Assembly (NCBI GenBank): GCA_951406725.2
Contig: OX597833.1
Location: 8,618,001-8,682,000, forward strand
Origin: Octopus vulgaris
Lineage: Eukaryota
Length of the DNA: 64,000 nucleotides
Reading direction: 5' to 3'
A program made the position numbers and the translations under genes. Under the pieces are notes generated by a model. It did not search any database, was not told the DNA's origin, and saw nothing but the letters and a program-made list of their open reading frames with translations. Below are positions 11,641-26,201 of this stretch, piece by piece; the stretch's first letter is position 1, and each line of letters begins with the position of its first letter.

Positions 11641-12410
11641 TGAGGTGTAGTCAAAATGTATCCAACCTTTGGCCAAAAAACAAGTAATATTAAAATACTA
11701 AACCATTTTGACTTAGTTTCCTTCAAAGTATTCGCCTTGGGCATCTACACTCTTCTGCCAGTGTTCCTTCCGCTGCTGGAAGCATGTCTGGAAATCCCTT
11801 TTTGGGATGCTGTAGAGTCGTGCCATTGAATTTTGCTTAATGTCCTCTCTTGACTCAACTCTTCTCCTTTTGAGTCTTTTTCTGAGCTTTGAGGATGGCC
11901 AAAAGTTACACGGAGCCAAGTCTGGAGAGTAGGAAGCCTGATGAACAAGTGTGTTTTGCCTGATAAGGAAGGCTTGGATGGCATGGACGGAATAAGTGGG
12001 TGCATTGTCATGGAGTCTCCAGTTCTTTGCTGCCCACAGACAATTCCTTGAACTTTTGCAATCATTTCATCCTTTTCTGCTGGTCAATTGTCCGGCCACA
12101 ACATGGCTCTCTGTCCACTGAGGTGCAGCCATCTTTGAGCCGGTTGTACCACTCTTTTATTTGTGTTTTTCCCACAGCATCATCTCCAGAGGCCTTCTGC
12201 ATCTTCTCGATAGTCGAGGTTTGTGCATCACCAAGTTTTGGAGAAGAATTTGATACATCGGACTCAGTCATCTTGACTCCAAAAGAAAAATTGTACAGCA
12301 CACTCTTCATGTCTGCACTGACTGTGGGCAAAGGGTGCAACCTACACACAATAATTTTTGCACATGCACAGGAAGGATGCAGCCACCTAATACTCGTGCG
12401 GATTTTGTGC
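11641..12410 (-). mobile_element. Decayed, internally deleted mariner transposon
   Basis: HTH remnant KLGDAQTSTIEKMQKASGDDAVGKTQIKEWYNRLKDG, motifs HDNAP and YSPDLAPC, and C-terminus AQGEYFEGN. Confidence 0.85.
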
Positions 12411-14117
12411 TAAAATATATTAGAGAATACGCAGCAGATATTGAAGCAACATAGTCTCTAACCAGACATCTTTTGTAAAAATATTTCTAGGAAAATCTGT
12501 TTTTGGTATTTGCTTTCATAACTGTATTGATATAAACACACACACACACACACGTGTGATTCCTGCAAGTCTTGCATTCCTGCAGTAAATGCCATCTCTG
12601 AATTATTGCCATTCCATAAACACCTGATCCTTACTTTACAAATCACTAATTTGTCTGTCTGCCTGTCTGTCTGTCTCTCTATCTAACTCTGTCTTCATAT
12701 TTATTTCTCTATCTCTCCCTCCCTCCCCATCTCTCCATCCCTCCCTCCCCATCTCTCTCTCTCCCTCTCTGTTTCATCTCTCCCTCCCACAACTTCCCCC
12801 CACCCCACCCCTGTGAAGTCAGAAAACAGATGTTGTTGACAATTGTGACAAAAGTAAACTTCAATATCAGATTTATAAAATAAATGTCATATCTTTACAT
12901 GACACTGTGTGTGTGTGTGTGTGTACGTGTGTCTGTGTGAGAGAGAGAGAGATGAGACAGACCTGGAACAGATGTTTAACTGATTTGGAAAACAAAACAA
13001 AACAAAACAAATGTCCAATACTAAACCCTAAACCAACCAACAACAACCAGCTCCAGGACATCCCTGTCTTTCTGTCCAGTGCCTCCATTTTCTCTTTATA
13101 TCATCTGGGGGTGCTTGTATGTATGGTTTGTATTTCCAACCTTTTCTACGTCCTGCTGTCATTTGATCTCAGTATGCCAGCTTCAAGTGCTGCTTTACAA
13201 CCTCTCCACATCATGTCAGATTGAGATATAAGCTGTCAGGGCAATATGCTGTACTATCTTAAGGTATGAACACACCAAAGAGTTGCCTAGGAAGCTCCCC
13301 AAGTTTAGGGGACCACTGGTAATTTCTATATGCTGTGGTTGCTGTCAATAAAGAAATTTAAGGAAATCAGGGCATTGGTTTATCTTGGGACCTAGAAAAC
13401 TGTTAAGAGAGCCCTGCTCCTATTTTTGTTGCAGAGTTTTACTTAGATTTATCGTACGCCCATCTGATGGTTATGAAAATGTTGGTCTCACATGAAAATC
13501 TGAGTCATAGCAATCATCCGTTAGTATAACTGGTATTAAACTATACACACACACACATATGGCTACACAGGTTCAGTCTTGCTGAATGGCACCTTGGGCA
13601 AGCATCTTCTGCTATGGGGCTGGATTGACCAAAGCTTTGGAAGTGGATTTGGATGATGCAAAATGAAAAAAGCCCCTCGTACATATGTGTAAATATAATT
13701 TGACAATAATTATAACGACATAGAATATGGAGAATTGTTTGTTGTCAAAATTGATTTCCTCTTATTTTACAGTTTTTATACAGCATATTTTTTATGGTCT
13801 TCATGACCGACACACGTTTCCACTGCACAAATTATATGCATGTGCAGATGCAACCTGGCACGATTCTCTGTGCAGCTTCTTAAGGGTCCATCTCTTTGAC
13901 CAGTGTCAATGTTTCTATGTAGATATATTCCTTTACTTGTTTCAGTCATTTCACTGCAGCCATGCTGGAGCACCACCTTTAGTCAAACAAATTTCCCCCA
14001 AGACTTATTCTTTGTAAGTCTAGTATTTATTCTATCGGTCTCTTACGCCGAACCGCCAGGTTTTGGGGACATAAACACACCCTCATCAATTATCACGTGA
14101 TGATGAGGGCGACATAC

Positions 14118-14176
<59 letters not shown>

Positions 14177-14217
14177 CGTTAAACGATGATGATATATATA
14201 TATATATATACACACAC

Positions 14218-14263
<46 letters not shown>

Positions 14264-14265
<2 letters not shown>

Positions 14266-14463
14266 TTTATCTTTTACTTGTTTCAGTCATTTGACTGTGG
14301 CCATGCTGGAGCACCGCCTTTAATTGAGCAACTCGACCCCAGGACTTATTCTTTTGTAAGCCCAGTACTTATTCTATCGGACTCTTTTGCCGAACTGCTA
14401 AGTAACGGGGACATAAACACACCAGCATCGGTTGTCAAGCAATGCTAGGGGGACAAACACAGA

Positions 14464-14466
<3 letters not shown>
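14264..14466 (-). mobile_element. tRNA-derived SINE family A, 3' half
   Basis: Reverse complement of the 3' half of 50031-50433. A second, more decayed copy lies at about 13930-14110. Confidence 0.8.
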
Positions 14467-14506
<40 letters not shown>

Positions 14507-14859
14507 GATGGTGCAAACAGGAAAAATAGAAGTCAAAATATGAGTCTACATATATTTTTATTAATATTTAGCAGAAGCAAGAAGAGAGTCTGCGAGTTTC
14601 TTGCACTTAAGAGCCAATGTATATATATATACACACACATATATATATATATTTATATATATATAGTGTATGTGTGATGTTTTTCTTATTTTGAACTTGC
14701 TTAAAATTAGAAAATTGCAATAAGGACTGAGTATGGTACTTACCCAGTTTTGGTAAGTAGCATGCTTAGAACTTTTGTAACTTTCTGTAAATTAAAAATT
14801 ATAAAGTATGTCTATTCATGTATTGCCTTCTCTCTTTCTCTCCTCTTTGTCCTACCAAG

Positions 14860-15125
14860 CCTAAATACACACACACACACACACATACAAACATACACAC
14901 ACACACATACAAACATACACACACACACATACAAACCTAAATACACACACACACACATACAAACATACACACACACACATACAAACATACACACACACAC
15001 ATACAAACCTAAATACACACACACACACATACAAACATACACACACACACATACAAACATACACACACACACATACAAACCTAAATACACACACATACAT
15101 ACAAGCATACACACACACACACACA
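14860..15125. repeat. ~72-bp tandem repeat built from (CA)n sub-repeats, ~4 copies
   Basis: cctaaatacac recurs at about 14860, 14936, 15008 and 15080. Confidence 0.85.
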
Positions 15126-17127
15126 TACATACATGCAGAGCTGCAACAAGTTAGCCTGGCTGTGAACTTATGTTGAAAGTAACGGTCATGTTTGACGAAT
15201 TGTGATTGGTCATTGCAAGGTGGTCAGTCGGCACCAGAACCGTCTGAGAGTCAGGCAAGTTAGTTGTGGTAATTGTTCCAACTTTCCTTGTTTTGAGTTC
15301 AAATTCTTCCAAGGTTATCTTTGTCTTTTGTTTTTCCTGGGTCCTAAACACATCAACCAGTCCAGTATCGGGGTTGTTTCTTCTCTCTCACCCCCAACTC
15401 TTTTAGACTGGCTATACTGTGAGGGGCAGGGGTCTTCAGGTAGTACTTATAAAAAAGAGATGGGGGTTAAACAAGGGGTTAACCTCTTTTCTGTTAATTC
15501 TTCTGCAAAAATTATTGAACCATATGAGAGAACCAGACAGATTTGGAGGGACTAAGGTGCTGTTTCGCATGGAATGGTTGGATGATGATGATGATTTCAG
15601 ATTTTTGACGCAGGGTCAGCAGTTTTTGAGGGGAGGGGCAAGTTAATCTACATCAATCCCAGTTCTCTGTAAGAATGAAAGACAATGTTGGTCTCGGTTT
15701 GTAAAGCCAGATGAAATGCCATTAAGCATTTCGCCGGATGTGCTAACGATTCTGCTAGTCTTGCCATCTTGATGATGATGATGATAGTAATAATACATTC
15801 CTGCTTTAGGCACAAAGCCTGAAATTTTGGTGGAGAGAGGACTAAGTCATTTATGTGGACCCTAGTGTTTGGCTGGGGCACAGTTTATCAACCCCTGCAA
15901 AAGGACGAAAGGCCAAGTCAACCTTGGTGGAATTTGAACTGGGAGCATAAAGATGGGTGAAATACTGCAACAGATTCTGCCAGCTCACCACCACCACAAT
16001 AATAATAATACGGTTTATTTTCTTTAAACTTTCACAATAACAATATATAACGTTAGATTTGTTTTCCATTGAGGGTTGGAAGGGAGTGTGATGATTGTTT
16101 TTTCCAGATGGGACAGATTAGGGGAGAGGTGATGATGCTTTTCTTGCATAAATTAAAATAGGTTAAATCATCCGTTCTCCTCTCCCTCATTAAAATGCAG
16201 CCATTAATGAGACAATCCAAATCTATGACCAATTTCTCAATGACATAAATTTTCTTGATTTGCTTTCTGAAGGCTCAGATGATACTCAGTCCTCAACAGG
16301 CACCCGGTACTAAGCAGGAGCTCAGTGTTCAAACTGATTTTCACTAGTTTGGTATCGGAGCCTACCAAAATTCTTTGGTAGGCTCAGTTCCAATTATCTC
16401 CTCCAAAAGTATATAAAACTGTTTTAGTTACAGAAACGTTTTACACACGACATCCACCATTTTGTTTGTCTTTCCTTTTGCGATGCATCAGAAACTATTT
16501 CCCTCCCATCCGGATACGTTGGACCTCCATTCCATTCCAGTGGAGTTCGACAGACTCACCAACGTTGAAATATGCAAACAAAACCATTTAATCCTCTGCA
16601 AGACATTAATCAATGGTTGTTCATTTTCTTCACAACTGCTTGCTCATTATGTCTTCCTCTAATTAGTTATTTAATCAGGGCTTAAAAGATTAATCCGTCT
16701 CATCAGCTGCAGTTAACTTCTGATGTTCACAGTAAATGGCCAAACACGGAAAGCTTCTCTTCCTCCCTATCTTATCACTCTCTTTCTCTTTCTCTGTCTC
16801 TCTCTGTCTCTCTCTCTCTTTCTCTCCTCAAAACCCAAAGCTACTGTTGTTGCATCAGAGTATTTGCCTCAAGGTGGGGGGGGAAGAACATCCTTTCGGG
16901 TGGGGCAGGCAATATTTGGGTGGGACAAGGCAGTGAGCAGGAATTGAATTGCTCCTGGTACTGGAATACACCTCAGGAATTCTATTTGACACATTGGATA
17001 CCTGTTGATTACACAACATTCACCAATCAATGGTACTACAGGTGTAAAAAATGTGTTGAGACAATAGTATTGATTTTAAATAAAGAATATCATTCATTCA
17101 TTTCATTTTCTCTCTGTTTATCTATAC

Positions 17128-17187
<60 letters not shown>

Positions 17188-17407
17188 AGATAAGGATGGG
17201 ATTCATAAATTTTCAAAGCCTTTTGTTCATAAAAAGCTTCCCCCAATCATTTGCAAGAATGTGATGAAAAACAAATTTGAAAAATGTGCACCAAAACAGA
17301 GAAAATCCAACTTGTGTGGGTCTACTGTTCCAAAAGTCTTCCGTGGAAATTACCCAGCAATTGACAGGATATTCGGTTAGTGTCTGTGCGTACGCAAAGG
17401 TGGGGGA

Positions 17408-17745
17408 GGTATGCAGTAATATACATCTGGAAGATCCTAGAAGGAATTGTGCCAAATTTTGGCATTGTAAGCTACACTAATGCCAGAACATAGTGCCAAA
17501 GATCCCAGCAATGCCATTGTGCTTCAGGACCAGTTACTGCAACAGCCTGGGTTTCAAGGGCCCACAGCTTTTTAATATTCTCCCAAAGAGCTTGAGGAAC
17601 CTGCACAAAGTAGATGTAGGTGATTTTAAATCAAGGCTGGACCTCTTCCTGTTGAGAGTCCCAGATGAACCTACCTCACGGCAAGAGGTGCAAATGAGAG
17701 TAGCTATATCAAACTCCATTCTTCACCAAATACCACATATTAGAG
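17408..17745 (+). mobile_element. CR1-group LINE ORF2 3' fragment
   Basis: YAVIYIWKILEGIVPN ... FKGPQLFNILPKSLRNL...FKSRLDLFL.RVPDEP, a typical C-terminus of CR1-group ORF2. Confidence 0.7.
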
Positions 17746-17781
17746 GTGCATCAGCATGGCCACAGCTATGAGCTGAAACTA

Positions 17782-18181
17782 CAGGAGTGGCTGTGAGGTA
17801 AGTAGCTTGTTTACCAACCACATGGTTCCGGGTTCAGTCCCACTGCGTGGCACCTTGGGCGAGTGTCTTCTACTATAGCCCCGGGCTGACCAAAGCCTTG
17901 TGAGTGGTTTTGGTAGACGGAAACTGAAAGAACTCTGTCGCATATATGTATATATATATATGTATGTGTGTGTGTGTTTGTGTGTCTGTGTTTGTCCCCC
18001 TAGCATTGCTTGACAACCGATGCTGGTGTGTTTATGTCCCCGTTACTTAGCGGTTCGGCAAAAGAGACCGATAGAATAAGTACTGGGCTTACAAAAAAGA
18101 ATAAGTTCCGGGGTCGAGTTGCTCGATTAAAGGCGGTGCTCCAGCATGGCCGCAGTCAAATGACTGAAACAAGTAAGAGTA
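17782..18181 (+). mobile_element. tRNA-derived SINE family A (near full length)
   Basis: A-box-like tggctgtgagg, B-box ggttcagtccc, internal (TA)/(TG) microsatellite and tail aaacaagtaagagt. Confidence 0.9.
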
Positions 18182-18950
18182 AATATGCACACATGTACTA
18201 AAGCTATCTGTTGGGGGTGGGGCTGCATTTTTGTTTTAATCATAAGGTATGAGACAGAAAAAAAAAAGCAAAAAAAAAAAGCAAACAGATCAAGACCCAA
18301 ATGTTTTCTCTTGATTCTAATTTGCTGGAGAGTTGCCATTTTGGAGACAGGAAACAAATTGTATATCAATCCATGAACAGACAAAATCGAGAACAAAGAA
18401 TCAAATTAAAAGCAATGTGACCCAGCTAAAAATTCCTTCATACTTTTTGCTATTGTTCCCCTTTTTTTAAAACTGAATCACAATAAAATGAATGTCGTCC
18501 CCTACAACCCCCAACTCTAGCATTTCTGCCTGACAAAACCTGCTCCTCTTTGACCTGCCAAGGTCAGCCATGAACCAGCTGGAACTGTTGACATGCTTTC
18601 CTTATATGGTATGGCATTGTAATAGTAGTAGTAGTATTATTATATAGTCTCTAATTCTTGCCTTTTGTCTTTCCCCACCTCCACCCTACACACACATTCA
18701 CTCTCCTCCCACCCCTCTCTCTTTCTTCTCATGGACCACCTTTTCCCTTAACCTGACAATCTCCTCTCATCTCTCTCCTCCTCCTCCTCTTTCTTTTCCA
18801 GCCATTTAGTTTTGTCTGTATTTTCACTCAATCAGACAGTTTCTCTCTCTCTCTCCCTCCCTCACACACACAAATCCATGCTTACACATGGAGAAAGAAA
18901 ATCGCCAACGATACACACGCGGTCACATATTAAAAATATATATATATATA

Positions 18951-19096
18951 ACTACACTCGCGGAGTGGTTGGCGTTAGGAAGGGCATCCAGCTGTAGAAA
19001 CACTGCTAGATCAGACTGGAGCCTGGTGCAGACCCTGGTCGAACCGTCCAACCCATGCTAGCATGGGAAACGGACGTTAAATGATGATGATGATGA
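18951..19096 (+). mobile_element. SINE-like family C, core plus tail only
   Basis: 5' truncated copy inside (TA)n. Confidence 0.8.
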
Positions 19097-19805
19097 TATA
19101 TATATATATATATATATATATAGAAAGATTGAGAAGTAGATAGATGTATAGATAGATATACATGCATACACATAACTAGAGAGAGTGTGTTCCATTTTGG
19201 TGTGTGATAGGTAGTTGTCATACTGTTTGGTATTAACTGTTATTAATAGCCAAAATGTGGTACTAATTCTGATTGTTAAAATTGTGAATGCTAACGAGGT
19301 GTGATCCTGAGTGTGGGTTGGTGAGTAACTTTTGTCAGTAGAGAGGATGGGAGTAGTTCTGGACAACTGCTGAGCCCTGATTCCATTTTGAAAAACTTCA
19401 CTAATGAATATACGTAATTAGCTAAATTATTGAAATGACAACAACAATTAGAATTGAAAGATGGAGATAAGCAATAATAAAAACTAGGGAGGTTTGTGTT
19501 TGGGTGGGGGGAAGGTTGTCTCTTCTTTGTTTGCTGAAGAATAAGTGTGTGTGTGTGTGTGTGTGTGTACGTGTGTAGCAGGAATATTTGGGGGTCTGAA
19601 AACACTTAGAAATGAAGTCACTGAATCTGATGCAAAAACAAAACACGGACATGATTTTCTCAAATATCGACAGTCATTGAAGAAAGCAACCTCTCATATT
19701 TCATGTGAAACAGGATCTAATTAAACAATTTCATCTTTGGCACACTTCCTCCGATTACAACATCAGATATGATTATATATATATATACACACACACACAC
19801 ATGCA

Positions 19806-20310
19806 TACACAAAGTGCATTCCAGAAGCTTTGGAACTTTTTCAAGAGAGACATTTCCTAATTTCCAAGAAGTACAACCTCTAATCCCCTCCAGAGTAGTT
19901 TCATCTGACCTCAATACACTTGGTGTGCTGCTCCAGCCACTTCATGGAGGCCCCATAGAAGTCTTCTAAAGTGAAAGTGTCCAAGACCCCTGTCACAGCC
20001 TTCTTTATCTTCAAAACGACTGCTCCTCCTTCAGATTGGGGACACAACCAAGAGCAAGGTTTAGACTGTAGGGAGAGCAAGGGAGAATGTTGATACTCTT
20101 TTCTGCCAAATAGTTGGTTACCTGGATGGAATTGTGGACAGGTGCATTGTCCCGGTGCAGGTGCTCTGGTCTTTTGTGATGAATTCTCTTCCTAAACTCC
20201 CTCAAAACTTTCACAAAGTACTCTTTGTTGACCATCTGACCAAAGGGAACCCAGTAGATGCAGATGATCCCCTTGCTGTCAAAAAAAGGGGATCATCATG
20301 ATTTGCCTGG
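19806..20310 (-). mobile_element. Mariner transposon 3' fragment
   Basis: VNKEYFVKVLREFRKRIHHKRPE.LHRDNAPVHNS...PCSPYSLNLA. Confidence 0.8.
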
Positions 20311-20448
20311 CCCCTTGTCTCAGCTCAAACAAGTTAATCCACAAATAATTTAGAGCATTTATTTGTTTCTGCTGTGTTTTTGCTGAGTTCATTGAGTAGT
20401 GAGCTTCCGAGTTGTCTTCATGTCCCAACAGCATTCTGCAAACTAGTC

Positions 20449-20830
20449 ATCCTGATTGAGAAATTTGATGAGAGGCAGGAGGGGGAGCTACAAACTTGTG
20501 ACATAGAGGGCAACTGGGAATTCAAGTGGGACAGTTTGCTGAGCACCACAGACCAAATCTGTGGCTGATGCAAAGTCCCTTCCAGACCTAGGGCAACGTG
20601 GTGGTGGAACAATACTGTAGACAAGGCCATTACAGCAAAGAAACAAGCCTGGAAGACTGGGGGCAGCAGGAAACTGTATCAGATAGCCAGAAGGGAAGCT
20701 AGGGGACAGGTGTATCTAGCCATGGGAGAAGCAAAAAAGAAGTTTGCCTGTGTTCAGCGTCATGAGGACCAAAGAACTGAAGTATTTTGGATTGCATGAC
20801 AGTGTGTGACAGATGTCATAGGAGAGAACT
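20449..20830 (+). mobile_element. RTE-clade LINE fragment
   Basis: TTDQICG*CKVPSRPRATWWWNNTVDKAITAKKQAWK, containing the RTE-type TWWWN motif. Confidence 0.75.
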
Positions 20831-20912
20831 CCCATTGCAACTGATCTTTGTCTATAAAGACATAGTCTCCCTCTCTCTCTCTCTCTCCCTTTCTCTCTCC
20901 ATCTCTCTCTCT

Positions 20913-20967
<55 letters not shown>

Positions 20968-21752
20968 TCTGCCTTTTGATTAAGATCATAAAGATTAATA
21001 TTTTATTTTAAATAAAATAGTAATTTTTCCCTTTAAGAAAAAAAAAAAGAAAAAGAAATATTCAAGTACCAATGATTCAAAAATATCTCATAAAAATATA
21101 GGGAGAATTTCTATCTTTCAATTCCATGGCACTCTGAAAGTTGTTTAAATGATTAAGGGAGGAAAAAAGCAAAGGACGGAGAGCCGTAGCTATGGCAACT
21201 CTTTGAAGTGTCAACATTTTCAACTTGACTTTTTTTTTTTAAAAGGGGGAAATGACTATTTTATTTGTAATCTTTATCATCTTAATCAAATGCCAGGAAA
21301 ACAGACTAACTTTCAGTTTTAGTATACTATACACACACACACACACACATACATATTTACCATTCCTCATCCCTCCACCTGGAATCATCTCTCACTCCTC
21401 TCTCTTCTGCTTTCCTTCAGTAAAAGGGGCCACTTTAGCCCTTAACCTAGCAAGTTACATACAAGGTAATAATTATCACTAGTGCTGGCACCACAGAAAA
21501 AAGAACCCAGAACCCTCTGGAAAATGGTTGGTATTGGGGAAGGGAATCCAGAAACCATGTTGCACACAAGGTGATCGACCCTTTTTTTGGTGCCACAGAA
21601 ACGTGTTTCGTTTCTATCATTTGCAACCTCATGTGTGTGTGTGTGTGTGTGTTTATATCATCACCATTGGCAGTCAATGCCATCCAGTGACATTGGACCA
21701 TTCCTCAAATCATCCAACCCACACAAACGTGGATGTCAGAAGTTAAATGATG

Positions 21753-21804
<52 letters not shown>

Positions 21805-23602
21805 CCACACACACACACATTGATATAAATAAACTCGTTAAAAGAGGAAGCTGCAAATTATAAAACGAGACAATTTCAGACCTGTTGGCTTTGACGACAA
21901 ACTTAAAATACAGTTGCAAGTGTATATATAACAACATAAAAGTGAAGGGGAATGTGTGGTGTTCATCCTATGGCAATGTAGTTGATGATGATGGTGATGA
22001 TGATAATGGTGGTGGCAGTGGTCATAAGGATGAACTTGGTGGAGGTGTTGGTATTGGGTTCAAATCCATCCTGATCCAACCCTAACCCCTACAATCAAAA
22101 ATTCTTCCAGCCATGACTGTTCAGTCTTTTATTATGTCTGCCTAGGTTCACCTAGGACTATATTATCCAGTGTCTAAGAAAACTGTATAATTTAAGTACG
22201 TCCAGTGAACATGGTAGGCTCCCCTCATTGGATCAAGAAGTACCAGTAATACAAGGGGTGTTACTTTAGTATGCAGTCTACCACAGTATCTATAGTTGTT
22301 TACGTTAAGGGTTATGGTTAGGGGAATTAGGATTAAGGTTAGCTAAAGTGTAAATGACCATGTGGAGCACACACTAAAGTGACCCTTCTCTTTCTTTTGC
22401 AGCAGTTGGTCCTTTCTATTGACATTAAGAGTGAAATTTAGTCATTGATTAAACATTACTCATCTCTTCTCCTTCTCAAGTCTACCTTCTGATTTCTGTT
22501 GCGACAAGGTGTACATAAGCAGTTGTGACATTCATGCCTCTCCCAAAACAATTATCTGTCGGTGAATGGAATAGTTACAAGGAAGAGCTGAAATCCAATC
22601 TTGACATCAACAACTCTTTTACTTCTTGCATATATTAATACATAACCATAGATTATATAAAAACCAAAAGTCTTGCTCAAGATCTCAGTGTCAAAACAGA
22701 AAGATTTCCTTTATTCTAAAAGCCATTTTTGTCTTTTAACTTATTTACAGAGTCAACCAGCCCAGTTTACTTAGCTGTAAGTAGGTACCACAGTGTGCAC
22801 ACAGTTCACAGTACCCTATCAAGGTACTGTCTGTCATATAACCAAAGTACCACAACTTCACTGTAGCCACGACAGCCAGCTTGTCTGACGCTTTTATGTC
22901 AGGCGTCCAATTGACTTTCTTTCAGAAAATAATGTCACCAGTCACTCCATTATTTCTTCATTGGGACACCTCCTCCTCCTTCTCCTCCTTTTCTCTCTCT
23001 ATTCTCTGTCCTGCTGCCTGTTTGTTGCTCTGTGTGCGTGCGTATTATATATATATATATATATATATTGGCAATGACCTTTTCTCAGCAGACCCCAAAT
23101 CTGTCGGTGATTGCGACAGAACAAGTTATGGAAGTGTAGAAACGGAGGAGAGGGTGGGAAGAGAAGCAGGATATGGCGTCATGAGAGGGTTTCAAGAGAG
23201 GGAGAGGAATGAAGGGGGGAGGTGGCGGAGAGGAAAATGCATTAAATAATAGTGCGAGTGGGGGGGGGAGAAGAAGAGAGAACTGCGTAACTGTAGAGCT
23301 GAACAATTAAAAACAATAAGAAAAACAACAAGAGAAGTACTAACAGCAACAAGAACAATATTTGTTTCTAATTTAGGCAGCGATTTTGAGGGGAGGGGGA
23401 GTCAGTCGATTACACTGACACGCCTCCACACACACACACACACCTGGTCCTTTATTTTGTTGGCCCTGGAAGAATTTTGTGGTTGACTCTCTTCATCGAT
23501 TCTACCTCATTTAAGGCCTTGAGTACAACAACAACAACAGCAACAACAAATTGGAAGCAGAAGGATGCCGAGACAGTTGCTGCAATTATAAAGCTGTCAA
23601 AA

Positions 23603-23643
<41 letters not shown>

Positions 23644-25142
23644 CCTGTGTCTATGTGTGTGTGCGTGTGTGTGTGAAAATATATATTTAGTTAAGTAGCA
23701 GAATATTTTACAGAATGAAATAGAATCAGATAAGGTCACAGTGTTGTGTGGGTGGCAGTGGTGGTGGTGGTGGCCTTGTTTCTGGTTGTAATGTTGACTG
23801 GTGGTGATGGTAGTGATGATGGTGATGATGACAATAGCGGTGGTGGAGCTGACGTCACTCGCAAGTGGTGCTATCACCGCCCCCACCCACCCACCCACCC
23901 CTATCCTCCTCTTTCTCAGTTACAGAAATGTGTTGTGAAAAGACTGTTTTGTTGGCAAAGGTATTTTTCTGTTGAAGAAGAAACAATGGAAGTTTTGTAT
24001 GAAATAGCAACAAAGGGAAGATGTCTTACATGAAGGGTAAACAGCTGTACTTTATTGACTGATGAGTGGTTGACTAATGACTGGTGACTGACTGATAAAT
24101 TGACAGTGGATTGGCTGATGCTAGGTGATTTATGACTGACTGATTCATTAACAATTAGCTAACTGATGATTAATTAATTCATGATTTATAGCTGATTGTT
24201 GATTTATGACTGGTTAATGGATTGAGTGGTGATTGGTTGAGTAATTGATAACTGATTGAAGATTGATCAGTCTGATTTACTAACTGTACTGATTGTGTTG
24301 TTATTTAGTCCCTGATCAATGTTAATCCAACAGATCTATGATTAAAAATGGTCCACACATGACCATCCTGTCTTTGATTCAGACATGTTGTTTAGCCCTA
24401 AGTCAGCCTTGATACAACTGTGACCATCTCCTCCCCAATTCAGGTGTTGTTTATCTTGGACTACAAGAAATGAGAGTTGAGAAGGTATCAGATGTGCATG
24501 GCGTTAGGAAACAGAAAGTAAATGTTTCTAATCAAACTGGACAGTGACTTGTACAAGAACCTTGGACCCCAAATCTGAAATGAAGCCACTTGTAAGAAAG
24601 AAATGAAGACCTGGTCAATCATGGCAAGAACATCCATGGAAAAGCTTAATAACATGTGGACCTGCAAAAAGTGTCCCATGTGGTGGATCCAGTGATGACA
24701 TCAGGTAGCCACAGACGGTGAAAGTGCTTTGTCGGCTTACTACTTGGAACAGACCTAACACAGATGTGTATGTGTGTATATAACATACATGCATATACTA
24801 ATACCCCCTTCCCACCCCTAACAGTTGAGTGTCCCCCAACTTAGGATTCCACCCCCCACGCCCCCTCAACCATTTGCTTTACTCAAACATTTTGACAATA
24901 ATAACTATGATTTTTAATTGAATTTAAAATACCTTGGGATCCAATAATCTACATAACAATGGCCATCTGATGACATTATCTGCTACTGAGTTAACATGAT
25001 AGTGGTTGAGTATTCCAGAGACATGCAGGGTTCTGACGTAGAATCAGTAACACAAACACAGTGAATGGGATGAGGTTTGTGAATTACCAGAATCTATCAA
25101 ACAAGCTTCTGCAATCTCTCTCTGATTTTATTTATAAGATGT

Positions 25143-25187
<45 letters not shown>

Positions 25188-25415
25188 TGGGGCCATGCAC
25201 TGTAACAGATGTGTCACTGCATCCCCCCCATCGTTAGTTTTTCCTTACAAACAATTCCTGACGGATGACCCCTTCGCACCACTCTGGCGACAACCTTCCA
25301 ACCCATGGGTCTGTTTTTGTGGAGTTCTTGCTGGTGAGGGTTTTATGAGGTTGGGGTTTGAATCCTACCTCTTCTAGTCTCCTTCTTATGGCACGTAGAG
25401 GAAACAGTGGGAAAC

Positions 25416-25720
25416 CTGACTCACCCTGATACATGGTACACAGTCTCTGCACTTCCTCTTGTTCCCACAAATCCCCCACCAAAACAAACACTCATATCAA
25501 CGCCTTCTTAGGTGCTCCATTCATTAATTTGGCAACTATTTTAAGTTGTAAATATCTTTGTTGTCTGGAAGTGCTTTGTGTAGTCATTCGGGTCAAGTTG
25601 CCATATTACTGAGTGGAGCACCTACGCAGAAGTTGGTGTGAATGTTTGTTTTCGTGGTGGATTTGTGGGAACAAGAGGAAGCATAGAAGAGACTGTGTAC
25701 CATTTATCAGGATGAGTCAG
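25416..25720. repeat. Fold-back element with ~105-bp imperfect inverted arms (MITE-like)
   Basis: 25416-25522 is an imperfect reverse complement of 25611-25720. Confidence 0.75.
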
Positions 25721-26146
25721 ATTTCTTGTAATTTCATTGTTGTCTTTTGTGAAAACCAGCCAAGTTCACAGCTCAATTAACTCGGCTCTTAATTAGAAAA
25801 CAACCTGTCCAACCCAAGCCAACATGTAGGAGTGGATGTGGAATGAGGACAAGCAGGATCTTTCATTCATGGTTTATCTTAGGAAGGGGAGAGGGTTGAG
25901 TAACAGCTGGAGCATTTTGATCATCGGTGTGCCACATGATGGCACACCCAGGGTTAAGCTACAACAACAACAAACTACTTCACTTAACGTGCTAGAAATA
26001 GCAACTGAATCACACTCAAATCAACTATACTACATTCAGAAAGAAGCAACACATTGGTTGATCATGTAATCCTAGATGCACTTTGCTGGACCGAAACCAG
26101 TGTGAAAAATGGGTGTAAAATAACAATGTGTGTGTGTGTATATCAT

Positions 26147-26201
<55 letters not shown>

